Assembly: GCA_041690595.1 (NCBI GenBank)
Contig: JAWLHB010000018.1
Span: 62,001 to 126,000 of the forward strand
DNA: 64,000 bases
Direction: 5' to 3'
Origin: Lentisphaeria bacterium
Lineage (GTDB): Bacteria; Verrucomicrobiota; Lentisphaeria; JABSQK01; JAWLHB01
Both the position numbers and the translations under genes were made by a program. Position 1 is the first letter of the stretch, and each line of letters begins with the position of its first letter. Shown here in pieces: positions 8,095 through 20,381 of this stretch. Below the pieces are notes generated by a model. The model saw only the letters and a program-made list of their open reading frames with translations, was not told where the DNA came from and made no database searches.

Positions 8095-9791
8095 TGCCAG
8101 GCAGGACTGAACTCGCCCAGCTCTGGCGGCAATATCTGGCTGCCGGGGAGCCGGGAATCTGGCATTGGCAGACTGGACGGATGACACATCAGCCGGTCGA
8201 AGCTCCACCTTCCTTCCGGCAAGCCCAGATGGCACTCTGTTGCGGGCTCGACGGTACCGCCATGAGCCAGCTCGATGGTCGGCAGCCGGAGGTGCGCCGC
8301 TGGCGGGAGGCGTATGAAGGATGGTTGGCGTCAGCCGTGGGCATGTCGCGGCAACTGGAAGCGTTGGCGGTGAACGATGTGCGGGTGCTGGCGCCCGATG
8401 GTTCGCCGGCGGCCCTTCTGCGCAGCCCTCTTCATCCACTTCGCGTGCGGGAAGGGGCGCCGTCGGCACTGGTCGTGCCACTGGATCCGGTACGCGGCGG
8501 CTGCTACGCCGGGGAACTGGATGGCTGGGAGCTGTTTACAGTTCAGGAGGAAGGCGACCTGGCGCTCGATCCCGTTCCGTTGCTGCGCGACTACGCGGAA
8601 CGCCACGCCTGGCTCGATGAGATTGTCGTGAATCTGGCGACTGTGGGTGTATTGGAAACCGGCTGGCTGCAGCCGTTGCGCGAGCTGGCGGAGACGGGCA
8701 GTCAGCGGTGGCGGATGCGCTTCTTTGTGGCGGACGACTCTCGCGCGGCCCTGCCGACGGAGAGCGCCTTCCAGGTGTCGGCATTAGCGGATCTGGCAAA
8801 GGAGAGTTTTCCGGCGCACTTGGCCGTGATCGCGGGAATCACCACGCGTCGTCCCGCGCTCTTGCCGGTAGATGGAGCACGGTGGAAGGCGCATCGCCAA
8901 TGGTTGAGCCGACCACGTACCCCAACCTCCCAGGCGCGTTGGCAACACCACCTGCCGGGGCGGGGGACCGTGGCAACGCTGGCCGATTCCCTGACCGCGG
9001 GTTGCCTGGCGGGGCAGCTGACGGCGGCTGTGCCGGGGATCGATGTACGGGTGAAGCCGGAAGCCCGATCGCTGGTCGAGCTGCTGCGATTGCAGGTGGA
9101 CTGGACGATTGTCGCCGATCCCTGGGTGGGGGCGGAGCTTTTCGAGGCTCCCGCCACGGTCATGGCCGATGCGCCACTCCTTCTGCGGCGCGGAACCGGC
9201 GGAGAGAGCCCCCACCTGCTTTCGCGCCTCCCGCGGCTGGTCTGCGATCTCTTCGCGCGTCAACTGGCTGGTTGCGGAATGGAAGAGCTGGCGGAGCCAC
9301 TGCTGCTGGCGGCCCGTCGGTTGGCTCCAGACCTATTCCTGCGGACCGGACTGGATGGGCTGGCGGCGGCAGGCACCGCGGCGCGTCTCATGGAGTCCCT
9401 CGGCGTGCACGCCGCGAGCGCGGAAGCCTGCGGCACACACGGGGTGCGGGTGCTCCTTCTGGAAGACGGTTCGGCGGCTGCCTTCAGCTGGCGGACGCAG
9501 GTCACTGAACTGCCGTCGAATGCTCGCACATGGCTGATCGTACCCGAGGAACCCTGTGTCTGCCGTCAAGCCGGCGGGTCGATGGTCGTGATCGGCGGCG
9601 GCGGATTGCGAGCTCTTTGCCAGGGTGGCGACCTCTCGCTCCTGCTGGCCGCATGGCGCAAACCGGCTCCCCCGCCGCTGCTCTATCGACGACCTGCGCA
9701 CGAAACGTTGCGGGTCGCTGAAGAGCGCGCGAAATACGGGACGAAGTCGGATGCTCCAGCGCCCGACACGGACGCCGATCTGGACCATTAA
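8091..9791 (+). CDS. Hypothetical protein resembling the non-ATPase region of MAD8/DndH-type defence proteins
   Basis: ATGA overlap with the kinase stop. Motifs RSPLHPLR, YAERHAWLDEIVVN, FPAHLAVI and DWTIVADPWVGAELFE recall MAD8/DndH family blocks (from memory, unverified). Confidence 0.55.
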   Translation: MMPGRTELAQLWRQYLAAGEPGIWHWQTGRMTHQPVEAPPSFRQAQMALCCGLDGTAMSQLDGRQPEVRRWREAYEGWLASAVGMSRQLEALAVNDVRVLAPDGSPAALLRSPLHPLRVREGAPSALVVPLDPVRGGCYAGELDGWELFTVQEEGDLALDPVPLLRDYAERHAWLDEIVVNLATVGVLETGWLQPLRELAETGSQRWRMRFFVADDSRAALPTESAFQVSALADLAKESFPAHLAVIAGITTRRPALLPVDGARWKAHRQWLSRPRTPTSQARWQHHLPGRGTVATLADSLTAGCLAGQLTAAVPGIDVRVKPEARSLVELLRLQVDWTIVADPWVGAELFEAPATVMADAPLLLRRGTGGESPHLLSRLPRLVCDLFARQLAGCGMEELAEPLLLAARRLAPDLFLRTGLDGLAAAGTAARLMESLGVHAASAEACGTHGVRVLLLEDGSAAAFSWRTQVTELPSNARTWLIVPEEPCVCRQAGGSMVVIGGGGLRALCQGGDLSLLLAAWRKPAPPPLLYRRPAHETLRVAEERAKYGTKSDAPAPDTDADLDH

Positions 9792-11500
9792 GTTGTCGCG
9801 GACTCCTTGGCAACCGCGCGAAGCGGCAGGCTGCCGAAGGCTTTCCAGGTCTTGTAGCCGCCAGCCAGGTTCACGGCATCGAAGCCATGCTGCTCCAGGA
9901 GACGAGCGGCCAGATAACCCCGCAGGCCAATCATGCAGAAGGCGATGATCCGGCGGTCGGGTGGCAACTCGTCCAGGTGGTCGCGCAGCTCGTTCAGGGG
10001 AATGACGGTGGCGTCCGGAATGGTCCCGATAGCCAGCTCCGGCAGATTGCGGACGTCCAGCAGGAAGGGATTGTCACTCTGGTCTGGCAGCTGATCGGCA
10101 TGAATCTGACGATGATCTCCCCGCAGCACATTGGCCGCGACGAAACCGGCGTAGTTGACGGGATCCTTGGCCGAACCGTAGGGAGGCGCGTAGCAAAGCT
10201 CGAGGTGTTCGAGATCGTAGACGGTCATGCCGGCGCGCAGGGCAGTCGCGAGTACGTCGATCGCCTTGTCAATGCCGCCGGCACCGACGGCCTGGGCGCC
10301 CAGGATCCGACCGTCATGGTCGAAGAGGAGCTTGAGCGCCATCTTGCTGGAGCCGGGATAGTACTCCGCGTGATTGTTGGGGTGGACATAGATCTTCTCA
10401 TAGCGTCGACCCTGCGCCTTCAGCGTCCCCTCATTGAGGCCGGTGACGGCTACATCGAGATCGAATACCTTGCAGATGGCGGTGCCCTGCGTGCTGCGAT
10501 AGCTGCTCTCGCGACCGAAGATGACGTCGGCGGCGATACGTCCCTGGCGATTGGCTGGGCCAGCGAGGGGAATAAGGCCGTCGCCGCCGCCGTGCAGGGG
10601 GACCTCGACCGCGTCCCCCACAGCGTAGATGTTCGGATCGTTCGTCCGCATGTGCTCATCGACCTTGATGCCGCCGCGGGAACCAAGCGCGAGACCAGCC
10701 TGCACCGCCAGAGTCGTTTCCGGCTTGACGCCCACGGACATGATGACGAGGCTCCCCGTTACCTCGCTGCCATCCCCCATGACGACGGTCACCTTGTTCC
10801 CATCCTCGCGAATGGCGACGACCGCGGCTGACAGACGAAGATCCACCCCCTTGGCGCGAAGCTCCTGATGCAAAGGCGCGGCAATCTCCGGATCCACGGG
10901 AGTCATCACCTGAGGAAGTCGTTCGACCAGGACGACACTGACATTCCGGCGCCGCAGCGCTTCCGCCATCTCGAGGCCGATATAACCGCCGCCTATCACC
11001 ACAGCTCGTTCCGGCTTTTCGGTATCGATGATGCTCTTGATGTGATCCATGTCGGCCATGTTGCGCAGGGTGAGTACCCGCTTACTTTCAGCTCCGGGAA
11101 TGGGCGGGCGGACTGGTGCGGCGCCGGGGCTGAGGATCAGCGCGTCATAGCCTTCCCGGTACTCCCGGCCCGTCTTCAGATCGCGGACAACCAGTTCTCG
11201 GGCTTGGCGATCGATTGAGAGCACCTCTGAGCGGACGCGAACATCGATCCGGAATCGGCCGTACATGGACTCGGGTGTCTGCACGAGGAGGGCTTCGCGC
11301 TCGGGTATATCGCCGCCGATGTGGTAGGGAAGGCCGCAGTTAGCAAAGGAAATATCTTCGCCCCGTTCGAAGAGAATGATCTCGGCTTCTTCGGAGAGAC
11401 GTCGCGCGCGGGCGGCGGCGGAAGCGCCGCCGGCAACACCGCCAACGATGAGAAGACGTTTGCGTGAAGGCGAAGCGGAAGATGAACTGTCAGCATGCAT
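9788..11500 (-). CDS. CoA-disulfide/persulfide reductase with C-terminal rhodanese domain
   Basis: GGVAGGASAA FAD-binding motif, SFANCGLPY redox Cys, GGGYIGLE NAD-binding motif, YAPPY, rhodanese LLDVR...FCMIGLRG. Alternative start at 11542. Confidence 0.92.
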   Translation of the reverse strand: MHADSSSSASPSRKRLLIVGGVAGGASAAARARRLSEEAEIILFERGEDISFANCGLPYHIGGDIPEREALLVQTPESMYGRFRIDVRVRSEVLSIDRQARELVVRDLKTGREYREGYDALILSPGAAPVRPPIPGAESKRVLTLRNMADMDHIKSIIDTEKPERAVVIGGGYIGLEMAEALRRRNVSVVLVERLPQVMTPVDPEIAAPLHQELRAKGVDLRLSAAVVAIREDGNKVTVVMGDGSEVTGSLVIMSVGVKPETTLAVQAGLALGSRGGIKVDEHMRTNDPNIYAVGDAVEVPLHGGGDGLIPLAGPANRQGRIAADVIFGRESSYRSTQGTAICKVFDLDVAVTGLNEGTLKAQGRRYEKIYVHPNNHAEYYPGSSKMALKLLFDHDGRILGAQAVGAGGIDKAIDVLATALRAGMTVYDLEHLELCYAPPYGSAKDPVNYAGFVAANVLRGDHRQIHADQLPDQSDNPFLLDVRNLPELAIGTIPDATVIPLNELRDHLDELPPDRRIIAFCMIGLRGYLAARLLEQHGFDAVNLAGGYKTWKAFGSLPLRAVAKESATT

Positions 11501-11666
11501 GGCCTGGGTTTCCCGTGGTCGATGGGTTATGGTCGTCTCCACAATGACCCGCGAAGTCAGTTTAAGTTACAACTTTTTTGCCGCCCAGGGGAGCCTTGGC
11601 TTGAGGACTGGCATTCCTGGGGGGGATGGGTGTAGCGTACCGCAAGTGACAAACTACTGACAAAAG

Positions 11667-14267
<2,601 letters not shown>

Positions 14268-14276
14268 AGTCGCCGA

Positions 14277-15263
14277 TCAGAGGTGCACGACGCGCTCTTC
14301 GCGTACCGAGCGGATGGCGGCGAAGAGCATGGCGAGGGAGTGGAGATTGTCGCTGCTGTCAGTGAGCGTTGGCTGTCGCGAGCGGATGGCGTCGGCGAAG
14401 CATTGCCAGGTACCCCGCACGGGCGCCTCGGGAACGATGCGGCGGGGGGCGACACCCTCTTCGGCGCCGCGAAAAGTCTGGAGCTGCAGCTCTTCCCAGC
14501 GGATCGCCAGTTCGCCACGGCTGCCGGTGACGACGGCCGCGCAGCCGTAGCCAATCTGGTTCATGAGCGCGCGGGTCTTGCTGGTATAGCGGGCCACCAC
14601 CTGATTCGTCATGTCGATGAGCGCATAGGCACTGGTGGCGGTGGAGATGTGGCGCGCTTCCTCGTTGGAGGCCCAGGCCTTGGCGTAGACGCTGCGGCAT
14701 TCCTGCCCGCTGAGGTAGCGGATCAGGTCGAAGTGGTGGATGGCCAGGTCCTGCAGGATCATGTAGGGAAGCTTGCTGCGGTAGCCGACTAAAGCGGCCC
14801 CGGAATAGACGGACATGTCGAACTCGAGATGCTTGACGATGCCGATGGCGCCGCCGCGGATGAGCTGACGGGCCGTATACATGCTGGGGCTCCAGCGTAG
14901 CTGCTGGTGGACCATCAGGAGGCGGCCACGGCGCTGGGCCGTCTCATGCATGAGGCGCGCATCTTCGAGACTCTCGGCGAGGGGTTTCTCGCAAATGACG
15001 TCGAGCCCGGCTTCGAGCGCCTCGATGGTCAGCGGGGCATGAAAGGCATCGGGAGTGGCGATCAGGACCGCATCGGCCTGAACGGCTTTGCGGGCCTCCG
15101 TGAAGGAGGCGAAGGTGGGGGCGCCCGTTTCCTGGCGGAAGAAGGCCGCGTTCTCTTCGGCGATATCGACGCCGCCCACGAGGTTGAAGTCAGGTACTGC
15201 CTTGGCCGCCAGCCAGTCGTGCCGCCCCATTCCACCTAGTCCTACACATAGTAACCGAATCAT
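14277..15263 (-). CDS. Gfo/Idh/MocA family oxidoreductase
   Basis: N-terminal VGLGGMG Rossmann motif, IATPDAFH, CEKP and DLAIHHFD. Confidence 0.9.
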   Translation of the reverse strand: MIRLLCVGLGGMGRHDWLAAKAVPDFNLVGGVDIAEENAAFFRQETGAPTFASFTEARKAVQADAVLIATPDAFHAPLTIEALEAGLDVICEKPLAESLEDARLMHETAQRRGRLLMVHQQLRWSPSMYTARQLIRGGAIGIVKHLEFDMSVYSGAALVGYRSKLPYMILQDLAIHHFDLIRYLSGQECRSVYAKAWASNEEARHISTATSAYALIDMTNQVVARYTSKTRALMNQIGYGCAAVVTGSRGELAIRWEELQLQTFRGAEEGVAPRRIVPEAPVRGTWQCFADAIRSRQPTLTDSSDNLHSLAMLFAAIRSVREERVVHL

Positions 15264-15361
15264 CCGTATACCCCTCCGCTGATGAATGAAAATCTGAACG
15301 GTTCACGACAATATCTCACCGCCGGGCAAAAGCAACAGAGCTGGCGCGGGGCGTGTCCACC

Positions 15362-16147
15362 TCAATCTTTCCGAAGGCGAAGGTGCAGGAAGTACGAGAT
15401 GACCTGGGCATCTTGGATCGCGGGACAGCGGCTGACCGCCTCGTCGGACGGGCGGGGTTCCTCCAGCCGCTCCAGAAGGTAGCCGCTTGCGATGATGAGG
15501 TTGAGCCACTGGCTGAGCGTGCGGGTGAAGCGGGGCACCTTGAACTTCGGGAAAGAGGCGGTGACTGCCTCCGGGGCGGAACTGAAGCTCCACTCGGCGA
15601 TCTCGCCATTCTGGTCGCGATAGTAGTCGCCCACTTCGATCGCATAGGTGAGCCCCCGGTCATCACGAAGATTCCGGCGATGCGGCGTGTCGAAGCAGGG
15701 ATGGCAGATCGAAAACTGGAAGAAGGCTCCCGCTTTCAGGATGCGCCTGACTTCCGCCAGGACGAGATCGGTCTCCGGGATATCCATGAGGCTCATGGTG
15801 GCGATGGCGAAATCGAAGGAACCATCGGCAAAGGGAAGCTCCAGGGCACTGGCGACCCGATAGTCGATCCCAAGCGGCTCACGAACCTCCTCTGCCCTGG
15901 CGTGGTCGATGAAGCGCTCGGAAATGTCGATGGCGCTCAGCTGCGCTCCGCGCCGGGCGACATGACGCGTGGTGTAGCCTTCGCCGCAGCCGATGTCGAG
16001 GCCGCGAAGCCCCTGAACCTCGGGGAGCATCGCCAGAAAGGCTGGAGCATTCAGATGGTCCCGGTAGACGTCATACCCCGCGCGAGCCAGGTGCGTCCAC
16101 GCATCCGCATTGCCATTCCAGTAGCGGCCCACTTCCCGATGATCCAC
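15362..16147 (-). CDS. Class I SAM-dependent methyltransferase
   Basis: LDIGCGEG motif I, AIDIS, LPFADGSFD, RILKAGA and HPCF. Confidence 0.9.
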   Translation of the reverse strand: MDHREVGRYWNGNADAWTHLARAGYDVYRDHLNAPAFLAMLPEVQGLRGLDIGCGEGYTTRHVARRGAQLSAIDISERFIDHARAEEVREPLGIDYRVASALELPFADGSFDFAIATMSLMDIPETDLVLAEVRRILKAGAFFQFSICHPCFDTPHRRNLRDDRGLTYAIEVGDYYRDQNGEIAEWSFSSAPEAVTASFPKFKVPRFTRTLSQWLNLIIASGYLLERLEEPRPSDEAVSRCPAIQDAQVISYFLHLRLRKD

Positions 16148-16173
16148 TGCGCATCCTCTGCTGAAAGGTGGTG

Positions 16174-17583
16174 TCAGGCTGGCAGGAGCCGTTCGAGCCG
16201 CATGCCGCGGGAGGCCTTGATGGCGACAACGCCGCTGGTGGGGAGCTGGCTGTGCAGCCAGTCGCGGGCATCGGGCACCTGCTCGAAGACGATGCAGCCG
16301 CCCAACTCGCCGGCCGCGCGGGCCATCTCCGGTCCGATCGCGACGATGGTGCCGGCGGGCAGCCGGCGCCTTGCATACGAGATTATTTCGCGATGAAAGT
16401 CCTGCACCTGTTCGCCCAGCTCGAGCATGTCGCCCAGACAGAGGATGAGGGGCTGGTCAGGCTTTACAGCGAGGGCCAGCCAGTCGATCAGCGCCCGCAT
16501 GCTGTCGGCATTGGCGTTGTAGGCGTCGTTGATCCAGTGCACCCCGTCGCGCTCGGTGATGGCCATGCGCATGCCGGGCAGGAGGAGCTTGGCGAGCGCG
16601 GCGGCCGCGGCGGGCAAATCGACGCCGAGGCGCAGGCCGGCAGCAAGCGCAAGTCCCCCATTGGCAGCCTGGTGCGCCCCGTGGAGTGGCCACGAGACTT
16701 CCACGGGCGGCTGGTCGCCGAGACTGGCGGTGAAGCGGGAGCCCTCCAAGTCACCGCTGACGTAGGTGACGCGGAGATCGGCATCGGGCCGCGACCCGAC
16801 GGTGATGGTTCTGCCGGCGGGGAGCAGGTCGGCCAGAATCGGTTCCTGAGCAAGCTCCCGCGGGAGGATGGCCCAACCATCGTTGAGGGCGAGGGGTTCG
16901 AAGATGGCCGCTTTTTCGCGGCGTACGCCTTCGATGCTGCCGAGCCCTTCCAGATGGACGGGGCCGATGCTGGTGAGAATGGCAATGTCGGGTTGGACAA
17001 GGCGGGTGAGGATGGCGATTTCCCCGGGCAGGCTGGTGCCGAGTTCGAGGACCGCGATACGATGGTGGAGACGGAGCTGGAGGAGGTTGCGGGGAACCCC
17101 GATCAGGTTGTTGGTGTTGCCTTGGGTGGCAAGCACGGCATCGACGCCGACGGCCGCGCGGGCGATGGCGGCCACCATTTCCTTCGTGCTGGTCTTGCCG
17201 CTGCTGCCCGTGATGGCGATCACGCGGAGCTTGTCGAAGCGGCGCCGGTGAGCATGGCCGAGCGCCTGGTAGGCGGCGAGGGTGTCGGAGACCTGGAGGC
17301 AGGGGACCGCGGTGGCGAGACAGCGATCGAGAAGCGCATGCGACGGGCGACGATCGACGATGAGGGCGGCGGCCTGATGATCGAGCGCCTGGGAGAGATA
17401 ATCGTGGCTGTCGTGGGTCTCACCGCGATAGGCGAGGAAAAGCTCGCCCGCGGCGATGGCGCGGCTGTCCATGGAGACGGCCTGAACGCCGCCGGCCTCT
17501 TCGCCCGCGGGCGGGACGAGCCAGCTGCCTTCGGTGATCGTCAGCAGCTCCTGCCAGGTGAAGAGAATGGGGGAATCAGACAT
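16174..17583 (-). CDS. murF: UDP-N-acetylmuramoyl-tripeptide--D-alanyl-D-alanine ligase
   Basis: DSR, ITGSSGKTSTKE, GNTNNLIGVP, ELG, INDAYNAN, GDMLELG and KASRGMRLE motifs. Confidence 0.95.
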   Translation of the reverse strand: MSDSPILFTWQELLTITEGSWLVPPAGEEAGGVQAVSMDSRAIAAGELFLAYRGETHDSHDYLSQALDHQAAALIVDRRPSHALLDRCLATAVPCLQVSDTLAAYQALGHAHRRRFDKLRVIAITGSSGKTSTKEMVAAIARAAVGVDAVLATQGNTNNLIGVPRNLLQLRLHHRIAVLELGTSLPGEIAILTRLVQPDIAILTSIGPVHLEGLGSIEGVRREKAAIFEPLALNDGWAILPRELAQEPILADLLPAGRTITVGSRPDADLRVTYVSGDLEGSRFTASLGDQPPVEVSWPLHGAHQAANGGLALAAGLRLGVDLPAAAAALAKLLLPGMRMAITERDGVHWINDAYNANADSMRALIDWLALAVKPDQPLILCLGDMLELGEQVQDFHREIISYARRRLPAGTIVAIGPEMARAAGELGGCIVFEQVPDARDWLHSQLPTSGVVAIKASRGMRLERLLPA

Positions 17584-18289
17584 CGGCGGGCTCCCGCGTT
17601 GAGCCGGCAAGCGGCCGCAGAAGGGGCGGCAGCTCGGCCAGCGAATGGATGATGGCGTCGGGATGCCCGTCGCGGATATCCTGACCGTGGTTGTAGCCGT
17701 ACGGCAGGCAGATCACCGGCCAGCCGGCATTACGCGCCGCCTGGATGTCGTTCACCGAATCACCGACGAAGATGCAGCGGGAAGCGCCGGGGGAGAGGAT
17801 GCGGGCGGCGTGGAAGAGCGGCGAAGGATCGGGTTTCTTGAGGGGCAGGGAGTCGCCGCCGAGGACCACGCCGAAGTAGTGGCGAATGGCCAGCTTGTCG
17901 AGCAGCGCCTCCGTAAAACCGATGGGCTTGTTCGTAACGACCCCCAGCTCAAGACTCATGCGACGCAATTCGGCGAGGGTCTCCGCGGCCTCTGGGTAGA
18001 GGCAGGAGTTGTCGGCATAGCACCGCCCGTAGATCTCGTTGAAGAGTTCTCTCGCCTGCGCCATGATCTCCAGATCGGGAGATTGACGACGGGCATGGCG
18101 AAGCGCCCGTTCAAGCAGCTTGTCCATGCCGTTGCCCACCCAGATACGTACATTGTCGGCGCCACTGGGTGGGCAGTCGAGCGCATGGAGCATCGTGTCG
18201 ATGGCGTAGGTGAGATCGGGGAGGGTGTCGACCAGCGTGCCATCGAGATCGAAGAGAACGATTTCGGCATCAAAACGAGGCTGAATCAT
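17576..18289 (-). CDS. gph: Phosphoglycolate phosphatase (HAD family)
   Basis: FDLDGTLVDT, VVTNKP, GGDSLPLKKPDP, VGDSVNDIQAA and YGYNHG motifs. Confidence 0.88.
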   Translation of the reverse strand: MIQPRFDAEIVLFDLDGTLVDTLPDLTYAIDTMLHALDCPPSGADNVRIWVGNGMDKLLERALRHARRQSPDLEIMAQARELFNEIYGRCYADNSCLYPEAAETLAELRRMSLELGVVTNKPIGFTEALLDKLAIRHYFGVVLGGDSLPLKKPDPSPLFHAARILSPGASRCIFVGDSVNDIQAARNAGWPVICLPYGYNHGQDIRDGHPDAIIHSLAELPPLLRPLAGSTREPADV

Positions 18290-18416
18290 GAGGAGAAAAG
18301 GGCTCGGGTGCGGGTGGGAGGATGAAAGCATACCGTAGACAGCGGGGGGAGCAATTGCAACAGCTGCAACGACAGGAACCAGGCGACACGTATCTGTACG
18401 CCAACACGGAGTCCTC

Positions 18417-18860
18417 ATGAGCCCGGAGCGCAAAAGCCGTATAGGAATGAAGACGATCGCGGAGCACCTGGGGGTCTCGGTCTTGACGGTCTCCATGGCC
18501 TTGTCGAACCACCCCGACGTCGCGGAGCAGACAAGGACGCGGGTCTACGACGCGTGCCGCGAATTTGCCTACTCGCTGCCGGGACACCGCCGGCCCCTTG
18601 CCACTGCCGGGGAAAATCGCCCGCCTTGGGATGGCGCTGACCGGGTCGACTCTGGAGAAAGAAAGCTCGATGGATTTCACGCACCGGCTGGTGCTGGGTG
18701 CGGAGGCACAGGGCATGGCGATGCAGATCGGGGCGATCGATTGTCGGGACGACGATGCCCGCATCGTGGAGTTTCTGCGGCGGCAGGCGGCAGAGGTGGA
18801 TGCGCTGCTCGTCTTCGGGTTCGTGAAGGCGGCGCACCCGCAAGCGCTGGATCATGAACG
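18417..18860 (+). pseudogene. Frameshifted, truncated LacI-family regulator
   Basis: LacI HTH (MKTIAEHLGVSVLTVSMALSNHPDVAEQTRTRV) in the 18417 frame. The sensor-like continuation (KIARLGMAL...EVDALLVFG) lies in the 18565 frame. Similarity fades near 18860, far short of a full LacI. Confidence 0.7.
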
Positions 18861-19050
18861 GTGGCAGGATAGCCTCGCCAGCTTGCCCAGCCACAAAACT
18901 GGCGTATCCCCACCATCCTGTCAATCCTCTCCGAAATCGCCTTCGGCTTTCTCTCACCTGCGCCGGAGCCACTGAACCGGGCTTGCGGAACGGCGGCTGG
19001 CGGGGCATACTTTATCCTCACAAGCACACCCCATCTGAAAGAGGCGCATC

Positions 19051-19461
19051 ATGTCAGAGATAGTCTTGACCTACGAGAGTGGCTTTCGCACCCGCGCGGT
19101 GCACGGCTCCGGTGCGGAGATCACCACCGCGGCGGCAAAGGAACATGGCGGCAGCGGCGACGCCTTCTCACCCACCGACCTGCTGGCGGCATCGCTGGGA
19201 TCCTGCATCCTCTCCATCATCGGAATCATCGGTGAGCGGAAGCGGATTGATATCGAAGGGGTCCGCGTCACCGTGACCAAGGAGCTGAGCAAGACGCTGC
19301 CCGCGGAGATCGTGCGGCTGGCAACCCATGTGCACCTGCCGAAGGAGCTGGAGCCCGCCGATCGACAGCGGCTGGAGAAGGGGGCCACCGGATGTCCCGT
19401 GCATCATGCGCTACGCCCGGAAATCGAGGCCCCGATCACCTTCAGCTACGGCAGCCGCTGA
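19051..19461 (+). CDS. OsmC/YhfA-like protein
   Basis: GSGDAFSPTDLLAASLGSC and CPV, the two-Cys OsmC family pattern. Confidence 0.88.
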   Translation: MSEIVLTYESGFRTRAVHGSGAEITTAAAKEHGGSGDAFSPTDLLAASLGSCILSIIGIIGERKRIDIEGVRVTVTKELSKTLPAEIVRLATHVHLPKELEPADRQRLEKGATGCPVHHALRPEIEAPITFSYGSR

Positions 19462-19471
19462 GGCAAAAACG

Positions 19472-19500
19472 TTGACTTTGGCCGGGCATGGGTCCATAGT
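19472..19500 (+). promoter_or_regulatory. Sigma70-like promoter
   Basis: TTGACT-N17-CATAGT about 40 bp upstream of the 19539 gene, which has a GGAGG RBS. Confidence 0.5.
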
Positions 19501-19538
19501 ATCATAGTCCCAAAGGTCAAGTTTCAGCGACGGAGGAG

Positions 19539-20372
19539 ATGATCATGCCCGCCAGAATTCTTGCCACGCTGATGGCGTGCTTCGCCCTCCTGGTTACCGC
19601 GGCACACGCCGCGGATCCTTGGGCTCAAAGCGCCGGCTACGAACTCTCCATGTACGAGGAACTGGCCGAGTATGCGCGGCTCGATCCCGCCACTCGCGCC
19701 CAATTCCTTGATGTCTGGGAGGAGAAGCGGAAGGCTTTGGCCGCCTTCGACACTGAACATGCGGCGGAACTCGATGAAGTCCGTGGTGTGATGGACGCCG
19801 CCGAGGCAGCAACCGCCGCCGAGGCCATGGCGGAGGCGGAACCGGCGGAAGGCACCGAAGCCATTGTCCCTACTGGCGAGGAGACGGAGTTCCAGGCCGA
19901 AGCCGAGCCCGAGGTCGACCCGGCTGCCTTGAACGACGCGCGCCGCAAGTACCACGCTCTCCTCATGGCTCGGTACAAAATAGCCCGTCAGCATGATGCC
20001 GAGGCATTCAAGCTGGTGCCCCGGCGCGCCCTCGACAGCTTTCGTTCGGTTCTGCTCTGGCGGAGCATCAGCGAGCACTTCGAGCCCGCGCACCTCAACA
20101 AGGATCAAGTGGACCAGGCCAAGCTCGTTTGTGAGCGCGTCCTCAGCGTGAGCGCCACCCGCGGCAGCAAGTCGCCGGCGGAACAGGCCTACATCGAAAT
20201 TCGCAACAAGATCCTCACGAAGAATCAGCGCCTGCGCATGGAAGGCCTCCTGAACGATAACGCCAAGGCCGCGCCTCCTCCCCCACCCGTGACCAAAGGC
20301 GAGACCGAAAAGCGGGAACTCGGCTTCAAGGGAAGCACTCGCTCCGAAGGCGGCGGCTTGGGCAGTAAATAA
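19539..20372 (+). CDS. Secreted hypothetical protein (helical, acidic low-complexity linker)
   Basis: N-terminal signal peptide ending AHA-A, good RBS, typical codon usage. Confidence 0.7.
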   Translation: MIMPARILATLMACFALLVTAAHAADPWAQSAGYELSMYEELAEYARLDPATRAQFLDVWEEKRKALAAFDTEHAAELDEVRGVMDAAEAATAAEAMAEAEPAEGTEAIVPTGEETEFQAEAEPEVDPAALNDARRKYHALLMARYKIARQHDAEAFKLVPRRALDSFRSVLLWRSISEHFEPAHLNKDQVDQAKLVCERVLSVSATRGSKSPAEQAYIEIRNKILTKNQRLRMEGLLNDNAKAAPPPPPVTKGETEKRELGFKGSTRSEGGGLGSK

Positions 20373-20381
20373 CCGCGGCTC

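Noticed and set aside
15295..15305. TGAAC-G-GTTCA LacI-like operator upstream of the oxidoreductase
   Set aside because: Only an 11-bp dyad with no second copy found to support it.
18600..18620. Programmed ribosomal frameshift at GGGGAAAA
   Set aside because: Joining the frames needs +1 rather than the -1 typical of such slippery runs, and the product would still be truncated.
18913..18932. CATCCTGTCAATCC REP-like motif near the lacI breakpoint
   Set aside because: Only one clear copy is in the window (a weak look-alike near 51337), which is not enough to call a repeat family.
19472..19520. Inverted repeat TTGACTTTGG...CCAAAGGTCAA around a promoter
   Set aside because: Short, imperfect and overlapping the -35 box; it cannot be told apart from chance or promoter sequence.
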